Part shown: positions 42,464 through 44,946 of the stretch, in pieces | Position numbering within the stretch: position 1 is the stretch's first letter | Layout of the letters: the number at the start of each line of letters is the position of its first letter | Source: Tubiluchus corallicola | Lineage: Eukaryota; Animalia; Priapulida | Length of the DNA stretch: 44,946 nt | Direction of reading: 5' to 3' | Assembly: GCA_030141605.1 (NCBI GenBank) | Contig: JAQGDQ010001354.1 | Coordinates: forward strand, 1 to 44,946 | Notes under the pieces: model-generated | Database searches by the model: none | Seen by the model: the letters and a program-made list of their open reading frames with translations, nothing else | What the model was told of the DNA's origin: nothing | Program-made: the position numbers and the translations under genes

Positions 42464-43478
42464 CTAGCCAAACCCCACAAAAAGAATTTTGTGCACAAAT
42501 CAACCCACAACCCACACCACACCACTCCACCTCATCACACCACACTGCACCACACCATACCACTCCACCTCATCGCACCACACTGCACCACACAATACCA
42601 CCACACCGCACCACACCATACCACCCACACCATACCACTCCACCACATCACACCACACTGCACCACACCATACCACTGCACCACCCACACACCACACCAC
42701 ACCACCCACACCATAATACTCCACAACATCACACTGCACAGCACCACACCATAACACCACACTGCAACACACCACCCACCCACACCATACTACTCCACCA
42801 CATCACATCACACCACACCGCACCACACCATACCACTGCAGCACGCCGCACCACCCACCCACACACCACACCACACCACCCACACCATAATACTCCACCA
42901 CATCACACCGCACAGCACCACACCATAACACCACGCTGCACCACACCATACCACTGCACCACCCACGCCATACCACTCCACCACATCACACCACACCGCA
43001 CCACAACATACCACTGCAGCACACCGCACAACCCACATACCACACCACACCAACCACACCATACGACTCCACCACATCACACCACACTGCACCACACCAC
43101 ACCACACCACCCACACACCACACCACCCACACCATAATACTCCACCACATCACACCGCACTGCACCACACCATAACACCACACCACAACACCCACCCACC
43201 CACACACCACGCCACCCACTCCATACCACACTACCCACACCACACCCCACACACCCTATCACCCCACCACACCATCCATAGCACAACACACAAAGCACAC
43301 CACCACCACACCACATCAAATCCACCACCTCACGTGGTGATCATGATGTTGATGATGATGATGATGATGGTGGCAACGATGACAACACCTATAGCACAAG
43401 CACCAACAGCACAGCATTACAACAAAACCATTCCAAACATTTTTCACAAAGTTGAAACTATGTGCTATAATATAATAA
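42464..43478 (-). mobile_element. Non-autonomous Helitron-like element B, copy 1, filled with degenerate (CACCA)n
   Basis: Minus-strand 3' end CACAAAA-TTCT-TTTTGTG hairpin plus CTAG abutting the TC start of element A. Confidence 0.65.
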
Positions 43479-44287
43479 ATAGCAAAGGCCCCGCAAAAGA
43501 TTTTGCGTAAAAAACCACGTATAATCAATAACACGCGAACATCCTACCTAGTCCACATTTATAACGCAAAGCCCGTAACATCATGCCTACAGTTTGTTTA
43601 ACTAACGCAAAACCAGCAGCTTTTTGCTGAATTAAAGTTATAAGATTATAGACAGAATACAATGGATGACGTCACAACAATGCCTTTGCGTCAGCAGTTT
43701 TCTAAGTGAAAATTGCCGAAAATGGAACCTCTAATTAACTCGCCAGTACTCCTCTCGGTGGACCTGCCCTAACATATAGCCCACATCATCGTGTAGCCCT
43801 GTCCTTCCTCTTTCTGATGAGCTATATATCTCCTTCCCAGAGTCCCACCGGGCGCCGCTAGAACGTTTTTCCCGCAGGCTGTTTGGTCAAAATTTCGAAA
43901 AAATCGCGAGTTGGGTCCGGGAAAACGCCCGTTGCGGGGCGCCGTGGTCCTCTCGGGAACTCTAAATATGCCTATGACACCCACCGCTGAACGGGCTATC
44001 TATCCATACCCAGCACCACCCTCGGCCCATTCCCGTTCTCTACATCTCAGGCGTATAACTTTTGCAAAAAACGGCCGAAAAATGGCCATTTTTGGAGGTT
44101 TTTCGCCCCCCGTTCCTCGCGGTGGGCCCGATTCGAAAAATAAACCCCCAATGAGACGACACTAGATCGAGACCTTTCGTTTGATATATAGATCGCCGCA
44201 AATGGTGCCCTCGTCCGGGCTGTAGCCTCGAATCTTATATATAAATAAATATATATATTAAGATACCAAGAATATTAATATAAGAGA
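43479..44287 (-). mobile_element. Helitron-like element A, copy 2
   Basis: Near-copy of 41623-42463; 3' CTAG altered to CTAT. Confidence 0.75.
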
Positions 44288-44946
44288 CTAGCCAAACCCC
44301 ACAAAAAGAATTTTGTGCACAAATCAACACAAAACCCACACCACACCACTCCACCTCATCACACCACACTGCACCACACCATACCACTCCACCACATCAC
44401 ACCGCACAGCACCACACCATAACACCACACTGCACCACACCACCCACCCACCTACACACCACACCACACCACCCACACCATACCACTCCACCACATCACA
44501 CCACACTGCACCACACCATACCACTCCACCACATCACACCGCACAGCACCACACCATAACACCACACTGCACCACACCACACAGCACCACACCATAACAC
44601 CACACTGCACCACACCACCCACCCACCTACACACCACACCGCACCACACCATACTGCTGCGGCACACCGCACCACCCACACACCACACCACCCACACCAT
44701 ACGACTCCACCACATCACACCACACTGCACCACACCATACCACTGCACCACACCACCCACACACCACACCACACCACCCACACCATAATACTCCACCACA
44801 TCACACCGCACAGCACCACAACATACCACTGCAGCACACCGCACGACCCACATACACACCACACCAACCACACCATACGTCACATCACACCATACCGACC
44901 ACAACATACCACTGCAGCACACCGCACGACCCACATACCACACCAC
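44288..44946 (-). mobile_element. Helitron-like element B, copy 2 (partial)
   Basis: Same hairpin+CTAG end and (CACCA)n body; runs off the window. Confidence 0.65.

Noticed and set aside
42489-44946. His/Thr/Pro-rich and Val/Trp/Cys-rich ORFs
   Set aside because: Translations of the degenerate (CACCA)n body of Helitron-like element B

Overview
AT-rich, intron-rich animal (invertebrate-type, TTAGGG-repeat-bearing) genomic DNA, not prokaryotic. Three spliced minus-strand genes can be rebuilt by hand with phase-compatible GT-AG exons. (1) The 5' part of a secreted short-collagen-domain protein (signal peptide, acidic run, CxxC, 10 Gly-X-Y triplets, CxC), running off the left edge. (2) A complete small secreted EGF-only protein (about 318 aa, 6 EGF domains) built by a fourfold ~541-bp intragenic duplication in which one of the two duplicated exons looks dead in every copy. 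(3) The 3' five exons of a TTLL4-like tubulin glutamylase whose segment after the catalytic EVN motif is shortened and lacks the usual PSL...D...K residues. The rest is repeat-derived: a 5'-truncated CR1/L2-type LINE with a 14-bp TSD, RTE fragments, several MITE/foldback elements, a head-to-tail A-B-A-B array of non-autonomous Helitron-like elements, and many micro- and minisatellites, several nested inside transposon ends. Most long ORFs in the supplied track are simple-repeat artefacts. I see no wholly new multi-gene system. The best leads are the altered TTLL4 active-site loop, the exon birth/death pattern in the EGF gene, and transposons caught generating satellites.
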